Shown here: positions 47,977-62,354 of the stretch, piece by piece
Layout: every line of letters starts with the position of its first letter
How positions within the stretch are numbered: position 1 is the first letter of the stretch
Notes under the pieces: model-generated
What the model saw: the letters and a program-made list of their open reading frames with translations, nothing else
What the model was told of the DNA's origin: nothing
Databases searched by the model: none
Made by a program: the position numbers and the translations under genes
Assembly: GCA_002269645.1 (NCBI GenBank)
Contig: NIVC01002509.1
Span: 1 to 64,000 of the forward strand
Direction: 5' to 3'
Source of the DNA: Macrostomum lignano
Taxonomy: Eukaryota
Length of the DNA: 64,000 nt

Positions 47977-50446
47977 GATTATATACATGGCATGGCAGCT
48001 GTGCCTATAAGCTCCAATATTAGGCCTAGAGACATAGCCACATACTGTGTCTCTAAGTGTAAACCCATTCAATATTAATGACACAGCTACCATGCAAGTT
48101 TCATTGACATGGTGGCCATGTCTTTAATAGTGACTAGGTCTATACTTATAGACAGGTAGCTGTGTCTATAATGCAAAGTGGCAAAAAATTGAGTGCATGC
48201 CCATTCTTAAAACTACACTAGTATTGCAACAATAAATAACCTTTTTATATTAGGATAGCAATAAATAACTTTTTTGAATTGTTTCTATTTCACAATAACT
48301 CTTCTGCATAATTCTATAAAGTGTACACTAGGTGCATGCATACTATTTTCTTAGGAGTCCTGCATGCCACTGTGTATGCTTGGTTCTGGCTTGCAAGGCC
48401 AATGCATGCCCAAATTTTTGGGTATATACTATATGATCTGGAGTATGGCATATACCAAGGCTAGCCATTGTACACATTGTACATCATTAATTTTTGCCAT
48501 GGCCCTTTGTTGTACATGTTGTACCATTATAAATTAAATGGATTTACAAGTTCACAACAGGACTTTGATTTATTTAGTGGTTACATTATAACCATTTACA
48601 TTAATTGTAGATTTTTAAATATTTTCTATGGTATGCTATATGGTACATTAGAATGCTCATTAAAAGCAAAGTTTACAATAGTTTAGGTGCAATCTCATAA
48701 ATTATTTTTCATTTTAAGTCCTATTTGCATTGCTTTAAAATAAGAAAAAGAGACATTACATTCAGCCTTAAAATTACAAATTGAAATTGGACATTAGGTT
48801 CAATTTTGCACTTTGTCTCTAGTAAAAAATATCAAACATAGGTTATAATATATCTATTGTGCATATACCAATGGACTTAGGATGGGAAATTGTTGATATT
48901 TATTTTATAGTAGGTCCAAAAGAAATACCATGTGTATTTTAATACCATTACAATATTTTCACTTCAAAAATAAAAAATATCATCATGAAACTTTACATTT
49001 TTGCCAATTTAGGCATTTTAGGCCTAGAAAAATTCCTATATAATATAATGCATAGCTTTGATAATGGTGACATGCCAAAAAAATTAGTAAAAAACTTTGC
49101 CAACTCCTTGATACATGTGTAATAGGCCTTATTTTTATGCTGTTAGTTTCTAGGAAATGTGTATTTCAAAAGTACTATTATTGTTATACTGTAAAAATAT
49201 TATAAATATTTTCTATATGCAATATATTCTGTATATTTTAAATATTATCATTTGTTAAATTGTATCAAAAAACTTTAATATAAAAGGGAGCCCGCTGGAG
49301 GCCAAGAAAAATAAATGTTTTTGTTTACCTTGTTCTGTCTCCTCACTCTAAGCTTGAACTCCTTCAACTATAGAAATGAAATCAGTCAAGCTCAAGAGTT
49401 GTTCTAGTGTTACTCATTTATAAGTAGTAGATAGTGACTTGGGAATAACCCCAAGATTGGGAGAGTTCAAACCATTCTCAGAAGAACAAGATATCCAGAT
49501 TCAGAATCTGAGAATTTGCCTTGTAAAGGCAGAAATCCCTACCACAGGGTAGAGAAATCCAGACTCAGAGTCTAAGAAACCCACCTCAGGGCCAAATACC
49601 CAGCAAGAAAGCTGTGACCCTCTGATGCCAGTAAGGCCTGGACTGAGAGAAACCCTCCTAGAGGAGAAAACTTTAAGATATATAGAATTAGAAATATAGT
49701 GCCATTAGACTGCTCAGGCTAAAAGTACATACACTACCAGTAAAAGTACATACACTACCAGTAAAAGTACATACACTATCAGTAAATTTACAAGTATAGG
49801 AAATAACCAATAAAATCAAGTAGTAAGAAATAACCCCTGTTACAACTTTGGTGGCTAACCAGTAAGATTTCATATTGTACAGGAACACTGCTAGCACAAC
49901 TTTGGGGGCATTAGTGGATATCTTCAAGGCTATAACATATTAATATTTTAATTTTAATTTAAAGAAATTATCAAATATACAAATAGTAAGTATCTTAAAG
50001 CCTTTGTTTAGTAATTTTTTTGTTATATTAAGGCCTAAGTTTCCTTAGTTTAAATGTCTTGATTTTTTATAAATCTTATAAATCTGATTTTTTATAAATC
50101 TTATAAATCTTATAAATCCTTCTAATGAAATTAGACTAACAATAATATTATTATTTTGTAAATCCAATTTACAGTATAGGCAACATATTCTAAGTTTCAT
50201 TTTTTATATAATACAACATTAAAAGCCTATTTATTGCATAGGAAGATTCTGCATTGATGAGCTTTAGATAATCAGCCATATGCAGAAAGCTTAGTCCAGA
50301 CTAGCTAGTCTAGCTAGACTGGACTTGGGTAGTTCAGTCTATAGTAGACTGGTCTAACTTTGTGTTTCTGCATACCAAATCCAAGTCCAAAAAATCCAAG
50401 AATTTTCAAATAGCTTTATTGATTTTTCCACAAATCTGAATTTCAG

Positions 50447-50501
50447 ATACCATGATCAACTTTGTGCTATTGAAAGCAAGTTGCCAATTTCTGAGAATTC
50501 A
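50447..50501 (+). CDS. PDCD6IP: ALIX exon 2 (YHDQLCAIESKLPISENS)
   Basis: TTTCAG acceptor, GTAAGT donor, phase 2/0; BRO1 motif Y-x-DQL. Confidence 0.92.
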
Positions 50502-50579
50502 GTAAGTTTTGCACTTATTGCTTGAAATTGGCCTGTTCTGTGTGATATATTTATATTGTTCCTTTTTTAAATATTGCAG

Positions 50580-50649
50580 ATCCGCATTGACTTCAAGTAT
50601 CATGATGCGTTTGAGAAAGAGAGCCTCTTCAGTGGAAAAAATGCTTTAA
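50580..50649 (+). CDS. PDCD6IP: ALIX exon 3 (IRIDFKYHDAFEKESLFSGKNAL)
   Basis: TTGCAG acceptor, GTAAGT donor, phase 0/1; BRO1 F-x-(W/Y)-x-DAF motif. Confidence 0.92.
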
Positions 50650-50719
50650 GTAAGTGCTCAAGTCTAGACTTCTAATTAGCTGGCGAGGCTATAAATTTAC
50701 TCGTGCCGTTTACCCGCAG

Positions 50720-51138
50720 AGATCAGCTCTGGCGCATTCGAGAAGATGTGCGTCCTATTCAACATAGCTGCACTGCAGACTCAGGTGGCCGGTCAGCAGA
50801 ACTCGGACGATGCCGGTCTGCAAGCCTGCGCAAAATTTTTTCGCCAAGCCGCTGGCGCATTGGGCTACGTCAAGGACAATGCAACAGTTCTGTGCGGCCG
50901 AGAACTCAGCTCGGACATGAGCTCGGACGCCCTGTCCGCAATGATATCGCTGTGCTTGGCCCAGGCGCAGGAGACTGTGTACAGGAAGGCGGCTAAGGAT
51001 CGAATGAAATCGGCTATGGTGGCCAAGATTGCTATGTACGCTGCCGATCTGTACTCGGATACGCTGCGCTGTATGCAATTGTCAAGCGTGAAGTCTATGT
51101 GGCCGAAGGATTGGCTCAATGTTGTCGCCGCTAAACAG
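50720..51138 (+). CDS. PDCD6IP: ALIX exon 4 (FEKMCVLFNIAAL…KDWLNVVAAKQ)
   Basis: BRO1 core (EKxCVLFN, LAQAQE, AKIA); CCCGCAG acceptor, GTTGGT donor; phase 1/0. Confidence 0.95.
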
Positions 51139-51292
51139 GTTGGTTGCTTTTGTAGAAATCGTAAAAAGTTTTTTTAAATGATTTTTTTTACTTTTTTCAT
51201 AAATTCGTTTGATATTCGGCTGCAAGGCATTCTTGAAAAAATTATCTCAACTATACTACATTTTTTAAGAAGCAGATTACAAGAATCACTCC

Positions 51293-54200
51293 TGAACAGA
51301 CTATTTGAGAATGGCCCCTGAACAGACTATTTGAGAATGGTCCCTGAACAGACTATTTGAGAATGGCCCCTGAACAGACTATTTGAGAATGGCCCCTGAA
51401 CAGACTATTTGAGAATGGCCCCTGAAACGACTATTTGAGAATGGTCCCTGAACAGACTATTTGAGAATGGTCCCTGAACAGACTATTTGAGAATGGCCCC
51501 TGAACAGACTATTTGAGAATGGCCCCTGAACAGACTATTTGAGAATGGTCCCTGAACAGACTATTTGAGAATGGCCCCTGAACAGACTTTTTGACAATGG
51601 TCCCTGAACAGACTTTTTGAGAATGGCCCCTGAACAGACTATTTGAGAATGGCCCCTGAACAGACTATTTGAGAATGGTCCCTGAACAGACTATTTGAGA
51701 ATGGCCCCTGAACAGACTATTTGAGAATGGTCCCTGAACAGACTATTTGAGAATGGTCCCTGAACAGACTATTTGAGAATGGCCCCTGAACAGACTGTTT
51801 GAGAATGGCCCCTGAACAGACTGTTTGAGAATGGCCCCTGAACAGACTATTTGAGAATGGTCCCTGAACAGACTATTTGAGAATGGCCCCTGAACAGACT
51901 ATTTGAGAATGGCCCCTGAACAGACTATTTGAGAATGGCCCCTGAACAGACTATTTGAGAATGGCCCCTGAACAGACTATTTGAGAATGGCCCCTGAACA
52001 GACTATTTGAGAATGGTCCCTGAACAGACTATTTGAGAATGGTCCCTGAACAGACTATTTGAGAATGGCCCCTGAACAGACTGTTTGAGAATGGTCCCTG
52101 AACAGACTATTTGAGAATGGTCCCTGAACAGACTATTTGAGAATGGCCCCTGAACAGACTATTTGAGAATGGCCCCTGAACAGACTATTTGAGAATGGTC
52201 CCTGAACAGACTATTTGAGAATGGCCCCTGAACAGACTATTTGAGAATGGCCCCTGAACAGACTATTTGAGAATGGTCCCTGAACAGACTATCTGAGAAT
52301 GGTCCCTGAACAGACTATTTGAGAATGGTCCCTGAACAGACTATTTGAGAATGGTCCCTGAACAGACTATTTGAGAATGGTCCCTGAACAGACTATTTGA
52401 GAATCGACCCTGAACAGACTATTTGAGAATGGCCCCTGAACAGACTATTTGAGAATGGTCCCTGAACAGACTATTTGAGAATGGTCCCTGAACAGACTAT
52501 TTGAGAATGGTCCCTGAACAGACTATTTGAGAATGGTCCCTGAACAGACTATTTGAGAATGGCCCCTGAACAGACTGTTTGAGAATGGTCCCTGAACAGA
52601 CTATTTGAGAATGGTCCCTGAACAGACTATTTGAGAATGGCCCCTGAACAGACTATTTGAGAATGGCCCCTGAACAGACTATTTGAGAATGGTCCCTGAA
52701 CAGACTATTTGAGAATGGTCCCTGAACAGACTATTTGAGAATGGCCCCTGAACAGACTATTTGAGAATGGCCCCTGAACAGACTATTTGAGAATGGCCCT
52801 GAAAGACTATTTGAGAATGGTCCCTGAACAGACTATTTGAGAATGGCCCCTGAACAGACTATTTGAGAATGGCCCCTGAACAGACTATTTGAGAATGGCC
52901 CCTGAACAGACTATTTGAGAATGGTCCCTGAACAGACTATTTGAGAATGGCCCCTGAACAGACTATTTGAGAATGGCCCCTGAACAGACTATTTGAGAAT
53001 GGCCCCTGAACAGACTATTTGAGAATGGCCCCTGAACAGACTATTTGAGAATGGCCCTGAACAGACTATTTGAGAATGGTCCCTGAACAGACTATTTGAG
53101 AATGGTCCCTGAACAGACTATTTGAGAATGGCCCCTGAACAGACTATTTGAGAATGGCCCTGAACAGACTATTTGAGAATGGTCCCTGAACAGACTATTT
53201 GAGAATGGCCCCTGAACAGACTATTTGAGAATGGCCCCTGAACAGACTATTTGAGAATGGCCCCTGAACAGACTATTTGAGAATGGTCCCTGAACAGACT
53301 ATTTGAGAATGGCCCCTGAACAGACTATTTGAGAATGGCCCCTGAACAGACTGTTTGAGAATGGCCCCTGAACAGACTATTTGAGAATGGTCCCTGAACA
53401 GACTATTTGAGAATGGCCCCTGAACAGACTATTTGAGAATGGCCCCTGAACAGACTATTTGAGAATGGCCCTGAACAGACTATTTGAGAATGGCCCCTGA
53501 ACAGACTATTTGAGAATGGCCCCTGAACAGACTATTTGAGAATGGCCCTGAACAGACTATTTGAGAATGGTCCCTGAACAGACTATTTGAGAATGGCCCC
53601 TGAACAGACTATTTGAGAATGGCCCCTGAACAGACTATTTGAGAATGGCCCCTGAACAGACTATTTGAGAATGGTCCCTGAACAGACTATTTGAGAATGG
53701 CCCCTGAACAGACTATTTGAGAATGGCCCCTGAACAGACTATTTGAGAATGGCCCCTGAACAGACTATTTGAGAATGGTCCCTGAACAGACTATTTGAGA
53801 ATGGCCCCTGAACAGACTATTTGAGAATGGCCCCTGAACAGACTATTTGAGAATGGCCCCTGAACAGACTATTTGAGAATGGCCCCTGAACAGACTATTT
53901 GAGAATGGCCCCTGAACAGACTATTTGAGAATGGTCCCTGAACAGACTATTTGAGAATGGTCCCTGAACAGACTATTTGAGAATGGCCCCTGAACAGACT
54001 ATTTGAGAATGGCCCTGAACAGACTATTTGAGAATGGTCCCTGAACAGACTATTTGAGAATGGCCCCTGAACAGACTATTTGAGAATGGCCCCTGAACAG
54101 ACTATTTGAGAATGGCCCCTGAACAGACTATTTGAGAATGGTCCCTGAACAGACTATTTGAGAATGGCCCCTGAACAGACTATTTGAGAATGGCCCCTGA

Positions 54201-57200
54201 ACAGACTATTTGAGAATGGCCCTGAACAGACTATTTGAGAATGGTCCCTGAACAGACTATTTGAGAATGGTCCCTGAACAGACTATTTGAGAATGGTCCC
54301 TGAACAGACTATTTGAGAATGGTCCCTGAACAGACTATTTGAGAATGGTCCCTGAACAGACTATTTGAGAATGGCCCTGAACAGACTATTTGAGAATGGC
54401 CCTGAACAGACTATTTGAGAATGGTCCCTGAACAGACTATTTGAGAATGGTCCCTGAACAGACTATTTGAGAATGGTCCCTGAACAGACTATTTGAGAAT
54501 GGTCCCTGAACAGACTATTTGAGAATGGCCCCTGAACAGACTATTTGAGAATGGTCCCTGAACAGACTATTTGAGAATGGTCCCTGAACAGACTATTTGA
54601 GAATGGCCCCTGAACAGACTATTTGAGAATGGCCCCTGAACAGACTATTTGAGAATGGCCCTGAACAGACTATTTGAGAATGGTCCCTGAACAGACTATT
54701 TGAGAATGGCCCCTGAACAGACTATTTGAGAATGGCCCCTGAACAGACTATTTGAGAATGGCCCCTGAACAGACTATTTGAGAATGGTCCCTGAACAGAC
54801 TATTTGAGAATGGCCCCTGAACAGACTATTTGAGAATGGCCCCTGAACAGACTATTTGAGAATGGCCCCTGAACAGACTATTTGAGAATGGTCCCTGAAC
54901 AGACTATTTGAGAATGGCCCTGAACAGACTATTTGAGAATGGCCCCTGAACAGACTATTTGAGAATGGCCCCTGAACAGACTATTTGAGAATGGTCCCTG
55001 AACAGACTATTTGAGAATGGCCCTGAACAGACTATTTGAGAATGGTCCCTGAACAGACTATTTGAGAATGGCCCTGAACAGACTATTTGAGAATGGCCCT
55101 GAACAGACTATTTGAGAATGGTCCCTGAACAGACTATTTGAGAATGGCCCTGAACAGACTATTTGAGAATGGCCCCTGAACAGACTATTTGAGAATGGCC
55201 CCTGAACAGACTATTTGAGAATGGCCCCTGAACAGACTATTTGAGAATGGCCCTGAACAGACTATTTGAGAATGGCCCCTGAACAGACTATTTGAGAATG
55301 GCCCCTGAACAGACTATTTGAGAATGGCCCCTGAACAGACTATTTGAGAATGGCCCTGAACAGACTATTTGAGAATGGCCCCTGAACAGACTATTTGAGA
55401 ATGGCCCTGAACAGACTATTTGAGAATGGCCCTGAACAGACTATTTGAGAATGGCCCCTGAACAGACTATTTGAGAATGGCCCCTGAACAGACTATTTGA
55501 GAATGGCCCTGAACAGACTATTTGAGAATGGCCCTGAACAGACTATTTGAGAATGGCCCCTGAACAGACTATTTGAGAATGGCCCCTGAACAGACTATTT
55601 GAGAATGGCCCCTGAACAGACTATTTGAGAATGGTCCCTGAACAGACTATTTGAGAATGGCCCCTGAACAGACTATTTGAGAATGGCCCCTGAACAGACT
55701 ATTTGAGAATGGCCCCTGAACAGACTATTTGAGAATGGCCCTGAACAGACTATTTGAGAATGGCCCCTGAACAGACTATTTGAGAATGGCCCCTGAACAG
55801 ACTATTTGAGAATGGCCCCTGAACAGACTATTTGAGAATGGCCCTGAACAGACTATTTGAGAATGGCCCTGAACAGACTATTTGAGAATGGCCCTGAACA
55901 GACTATTTGAGAATGGCCCTGAACAGACTATTTGAGAATGGCCCCTGAACAGACTATTTGAGAATGGCCCTGAACAGACTATTTGAGAATGGTGAACAGA
56001 CTATTTGAGAATGGCCCCTGAACAGACTATTTGAGAATGGCCCCTGAACAGACTATTTGAGAATGGCCCCTGAACAGACTATTTGAGAATGGCCCTGAAC
56101 AGACTATTTGAGAATGGCCCCTGAACAGACTATTTGAGAATGGCCCCTGAACAGACTATTTGAGAATGGCCCTGAACAGACTATTTGAGAATGGTCCCTG
56201 AACAGACTATTTGAGAATGGCCCCTGAACAGACTATTTGAGAATGGCCCCTGAACAGACTATTTGAGAATGGCCCCTGAACAGACTATTTGAGAATGGCC
56301 CCTGAACAGACTATTTGAGAATGGCCCTGAACAGACTATTTGAGAATGGCCCTGAACAGACTATTTGAGAATGGCCCTGAACAGACTATTTGAGAATGGC
56401 CCCTGAACAGACTATTTGAGAATGGCCCTGAACAGACTATTTGAGAATGGCCCTGAACAGACTATTTGAGAATGGCCCCTGAACAGACTATTTGAGAATG
56501 GCCCCTGAACAGACTATTTGAGAATGGCCCTGAACAGACTATTTGAGAATGGCCCTGAACAGACTATTTGAGAATGGCCCTGAACAGACTATTTGAGAAT
56601 GGCCCCTGAACAGACTATTTGAGAATGGCCCTGAACAGACTATTTGAGAATGGCCCTGAACAGACTATTTGAGAATGGCCCTGAACAGACTATTTGAGAA
56701 TGGTCCCTGAACAGACTATTTGAGAATGGCCCTGAACAGACTATTTGAGAATGGCCCTGAACAGACTATTTGAGAATGGCCCCTGAACAGACTATTTGAG
56801 AATGGCCCTGAACAGACTATTTGAGAATGGCCCTGAACAGACTATTTGAGAATGGTCCCTGAACAGACTATTTGAGAATGGCCCCTGAACAGACTATTTG
56901 AGAATGGCCCTGAACAGACTATTTGAGAATGGCCCTGAACAGACTATTTGAGAATGGCCCCTGAACAGACTATTTGAGAATGGCCCCTGAACAGACTATT
57001 TGAGAATGGCCCTGAACAGACTATTTGAGAATGGCCCTGAACAGACTATTTGAGAATGGCCCCTGAACAGACTATTTGAGAATGGCCCCTGAACAGACTA
57101 TTTGAGAATGGCCCTGAACAGACTATTTGAGAATGGCCCCTGAACAGACTATTTGAGAATGGCCCTGAACAGACTATTTGAGAATGGCCCCTGAACAGAC

Positions 57201-60200
57201 TATTTGAGAATGGCCCTGAACAGACTATTTGAGAATGGCCCCTGAACAGACTATTTGAGAATGGCCCCTGAACAGACTATTTGAGAATGGCCCCTGAACA
57301 GACTATTTGAGAATGGCCCTGAACAGACTATTTGAGAATGGCCCTGAACAGACTATTTGAGAATGGTCCCTGAACAGACTATTTGAGAATGGCCCTGAAC
57401 AGACTATTTGAGAATGGCCCTGAACAGACTATTTGAGAATGGCCCTGAACAGACTATTTGAGAATGGCCCTGAACAGACTATTTGAGAATGGCCCCTGAA
57501 CAGACTATTTGAGAATGGCCCCTGAACAGACTATTTGAGAATGGCCCTGAACAGACTATTTGAGAATGGCCCTGAACAGACTATTTGAGAATGGCCCCTG
57601 AACAGACTATTTGAGAATGGCCCTGAACAGACTATTTGAGAATGGCCCTGAACAGACTATTTGAGAATGGCCCCTGAACAGACTATTTGAGAATGGCCCC
57701 TGAACAGACTATTTGAGAATGGCCCTGAACAGACTATTTGAGAATGGCCCTGAACAGACTATTTGAGAATGGCCCCTGAACAGACTATTTGAGAATGGCC
57801 CTGAACAGACTATTTGAGAATGGCCCCTGAACAGACTATTTGAGAATGGCCCCTGAACAGACTATTTGAGAATGGCCCTGAACAGACTATTTGAGAATGG
57901 CCCTGAACAGACTATTTGAGAATGGCCCTGAACAGACTATTTGAGAATGGCCCTGAACAGACTATTTGAGAATGGCCCCTGAACAGACTATTTGAGAATG
58001 GCCCTGAACAGACTATTTGAGAATGGCCCTGAACAGACTATTTGAGAATGGCCCTGAACAGACTATTTGAGAATGGCCCCTGAACAGACTATTTGAGAAT
58101 GGCCCCTGAACAGACTATTTGAGAATGGCCCCTGAACAGACTATTTGAGAATGGCCCTGAACAGACTATTTGAGAATGGCCCCTGAACAGACTATTTGAG
58201 AATGGCCCCTGAACAGACTATTTGAGAATGGCCCTGAACAGACTATTTGAGAATGGCCCTGAACAGACTATTTGAGAATGGCCCCTGAACAGACTATTTG
58301 AGAATGGCCCCTGAACAGACTATTTGAGAATGGCCCTGAACAGACTATTTGAGAATGGCCCTGAACAGACTATTTGAGAATGGCCCCTGAACAGACTATT
58401 TGAGAATGGCCCTGAACAGACTATTTGAGAATGGCCCCTGAACAGACTATTTGAGAATGGCCCTGAACAGACTATTTGAGAATGGCCCTGAACAGACTAT
58501 TTGAGAATGGCCCTGAACAGACTATTTGAGAATGGCCCCTGAACAGACTATTTGAGAATGGCCCCTGAACAGACTATTTGAGAATGGCCCCTGAACAGAC
58601 TATTTGAGAATGGTCCCTGAACAGACTATTTGAGAATGGTCCCTGAACAGACTATTTGAGAATGGCCCTGAACAGACTATTTGAGAATGGCCCCTGAACA
58701 GACTATTTGAGAATGGCCCCTGAACAGACTATTTGAGAATGGCCCTGAACAGACTATTTGAGAATGGCCCCTGAACAGACTATTTGAGAATGGCCCCTGA
58801 ACAGACTATTTGAGAATGGCCCCTGAACAGACTATTTGAGAATGGCCCCTGAACAGACTATTTGAGAATGGCCCTGAACAGACTATTTGAGAATGGCCCC
58901 TGAACAGACTATTTGAGAATGGCCCTGAACAGACTATTTGAGAATGGCCCCTGAACAGACTATTTGAGAATGGCCCTGAACAGACTATTTGAGAATGGCC
59001 CTGAACAGACTATTTGAGAATGGCCCTGAACAGACTATTTGAGAATGGCCCTGAACAGACTATTTGAGAATGGCCCTGAACAGACTATTTGAGAATGGCC
59101 CCTGAACAGACTATTTGAGAATGGTCCCTGAACAGACTATTTGAGAATGGCCCTGAACAGACTATTTGAGAATGGCCCTGAACAGACTATTTGAGAATGG
59201 CCCTGAACAGACTATTTGAGAATGGTCCCTGAACAGACTATTTGAGAATGGCCCTGAACAGACTATTTGAGAATGGCCCTGAACAGACTATTTGAGAATG
59301 GCCCTGAACAGACTATTTGAGAATGGCCCTGAACAGACTATTTGAGAATGGCCCTGAACAGACTATTTGAGAATGGCCCTGAACAGACTATTTGAGAATG
59401 GCCCTGAACAGACTATTTGAGAATGGCCCTGAACAGACTATTTGAGAATGGTCCCTGAACAGACTATTTGAGAATGGCCCTGAACAGACTATTTGAGAAT
59501 GGCCCTGAACAGACTATTTGAGAATGGCCCTGAACAGACTATTTGAGAATGGTCCCTGAACAGACTATTTGAGAATGGCCCCTGAACAGACTATTTGAGA
59601 ATGGCCCTGAACAGACTATTTGAGAATGGCCCTGAACAGACTATTTGAGAATGGCCCTGAACAGACTATTTGAGAATGGCCCTGAACAGACTATTTGAGA
59701 ATGGTCCCTGAACAGACTATTTGAGAATGGTCCCTGAACAGACTATTTGAGAATGGCCCTGAACAGACTATTTGAGAATGGCCCTGAACAGACTATTTGA
59801 GAATGGCCCTGAACAGACTATTTGAGAATGGCCCCTGAACAGACTATTTGAGAATGGCCCTGAACAGACTATTTGAGAATGGCCCTGAACAGACTATTTG
59901 AGAATGGCCCTGAACAGACTATTTGAGAATGGCCCCTGAACAGACTATTTGAGAATGGCCCCTGAACAGACTATTTGAGAATGGCCCCTGAACAGACTAT
60001 TTGAGAATGGCCCCTGAACAGACTATTTGAGAATGGCCCCTGAACAGACTATTTGAGAATGGCCCCTGAACAGACTATTTGAGAATGGCCCCTGAACAGA
60101 CTATTTGAGAATGGCCCCTGAACAGACTATTTGAGAATGGCCCCTGAACAGACTATTTGAGAATGGCCCCTGAACAGACTATTTGAGAATGGCCCTGAAC

Positions 60201-62004
60201 AGACTATTTGAGAATGGCCCTGAACAGACTATTTGAGAATGGCCCCTGAACAGACTATTTGAGAATGGCCCTGAACAGACTATTTGAGAATGGTCCCTGA
60301 ACAGACTATTTGAGAATGGTCCCTGAACAGACTATTTGAGAATGGCCCTGAACAGACTATTTGAGAATGGTCCCTGAACAGACTATTTGAGAATGGCCCT
60401 GAACAGACTATTTGAGAATGGCCCTGAACAGACTATTTGAGAATGGCCCTGAACAGACTATTTGAGAATGGCCCTGAACAGACTATTTGAGAATGGCCCT
60501 GAACAGACTATTTGAGAATGGTCCCTGAACAGACTATTTGAGAATGGCCCTGAACAGACTATTTGAGAATGGCCCTGAACAGACTATTTGAGAATGGCCC
60601 TGAACAGACTATTTGAGAATGGCCCTGAACAGACTATTTGAGAATGGCCCTGAACAGACTATTTGAGAATGGCCCCTGAACAGACTATTTGAGAATGGCC
60701 CCTGAACAGACTATTTGAGAATGGCCCTGAACAGACTATTTGAGAATGGTCCCTGAACAGACTATTTGAGAATGGCCCTGAACAGACTATTTGAGAATGG
60801 CCCTGAACAGACTATTTGAGAATGGTCCCTGAACAGACTATTTGAGAATGGTCCCTGAACAGACTATTTGAGAATGGCCCTGAACAGACTATTTGAGAAT
60901 GGTCCCTGAACAGACTATTTGAGAATGGTCCCTGAACAGACTATTTGAGAATGGTCCCTGAACAGACTATTTGAGAATGGTCCCTGAACAGACTATTTGA
61001 GAATGGCCCTGAACAGACTATTTGAGAATGGTCCCTGAACAGACTATTTGAGAATGGTCCCTGAACAGACTATTTGAGAATGGTCCCTGAACAGACTATT
61101 TGAGAATGGTCCCTGAACAGACTATTTGAGAATGGTCCCTGAACAGACTATTTGAGAATGGCCCTGAACAGACTATTTGAGAATGGCCCTGAACAGACTA
61201 TTTGAGAATGGCCCCTGAACAGACTATTTGAGAATGGCCCTGAACAGACTATTTGAGAATGGCCCTGAACAGACTATTTGAGAATGGTCCCTGAACAGAC
61301 TATTTGAGAATGGTCCCTGAACAGACTATTTGAGAATGGTCCCTGAACAGACTATTTGAGAATGGCCCTGAACAGACTATTTGAGAATGGTCCCTGAACA
61401 GACTATTTGAGAATGGTCCCTGAACAGACTATTTGAGAATGGTCCCTGAACAGACTATTTGAGAATGGCCCTGAACAGACTATTTGAGAATGGCCCTGAA
61501 CAGACTATTTGAGAATGGCCCCTGAACAGACTATTTGAGAATGGCCCTGAACAGACTATTTGAGAATGGCCCTGAACAGACTATTTGAGAATGGTCCCTG
61601 AACAGACTATTTGAGAATGGCCCTGAACAGACTATTTGAGAATGGCCCTGAACAGACTATTTGAGAATGGCCCCTGAACAGACTATTTGAGAATGGCCCT
61701 GAACAGACTATTTGAGAATGGCCCTGAACAGACTATTTGAGAATGGCCCCTGAACAGACTATTTGAGAATGGCCCCTGAACAGACTATTTGAGAATGGTC
61801 CCTGAACAGACTATTTGAGAATGGCCCCTGAACAGACTATTTGAGAATGGCCCCTGAACAGACTATTTGAGAATGGTCCCTGAACAGACTATTTGAGAAT
61901 GGCCCTGAACAGACTATTTGAGAATGGCCCCTGAACAGACTATTTGAGAATGGCCCCTGAACAGACTATTTGAGAATGGTCCCTGAACAGACTATTTGAG
62001 AATT
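51293..62004. repeat. Giant 25/26-bp tandem array (TGAACAGACTATTTGAGAATGG + CCCC/TCCC/CCC), roughly 415-420 copies, filling ALIX intron 4
   Basis: Period 26 (51293 to 51319) with a 25-bp variant; ~10.7 kb of the 10.94-kb intron. Copy number estimated from length. Confidence 0.97.
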
Positions 62005-62080
62005 TTGAGAATCATCCCTGAACTGCGATAAAAGTTTTCTAATACCTTAAGCTGCATCTGTTAATCTCTCGTCCCCTTAG

Positions 62081-62305
62081 GCTGGCTTCCACGCGGTGGC
62101 CGAATTCTACCAAGCCGAGACCTGCGGCGAGGCCAGGAAATTCGGCGAGCAAATTGCCCGTCTGCAGCACTCTGACCAGCTGTTCAAAGAGTCGGACAAG
62201 CGGTCCGGCAGCTCCACCCAGATGCCGTTCAAAGCCGAGTGGACTAAGGCTAAGAAAGTTTTGGAGACTGTTGAGAAAGATAATAATACTATCTATCACG
62301 AGCAG
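62081..62305 (+). CDS. PDCD6IP: ALIX exon 5 (AGFHAVAEFYQA…EKDNNTIYHEQ)
   Basis: BRO1 C-terminal KDN-x-x-IYH motif; CCCCTTAG acceptor, GTAAGC donor; 225 nt, phase 0/0. Confidence 0.95.
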
Positions 62306-62354
62306 GTAAGCCCTCGAATGCTTCATAACCTCACGTAAAATCTAGAATAGGACG

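Noticed and set aside
51293-62004. CRISPR array (25-26-bp repeats)
   Set aside because: Units are head-to-tail with no unique spacers, there are no cas genes, and the array lies in a spliceosomal intron
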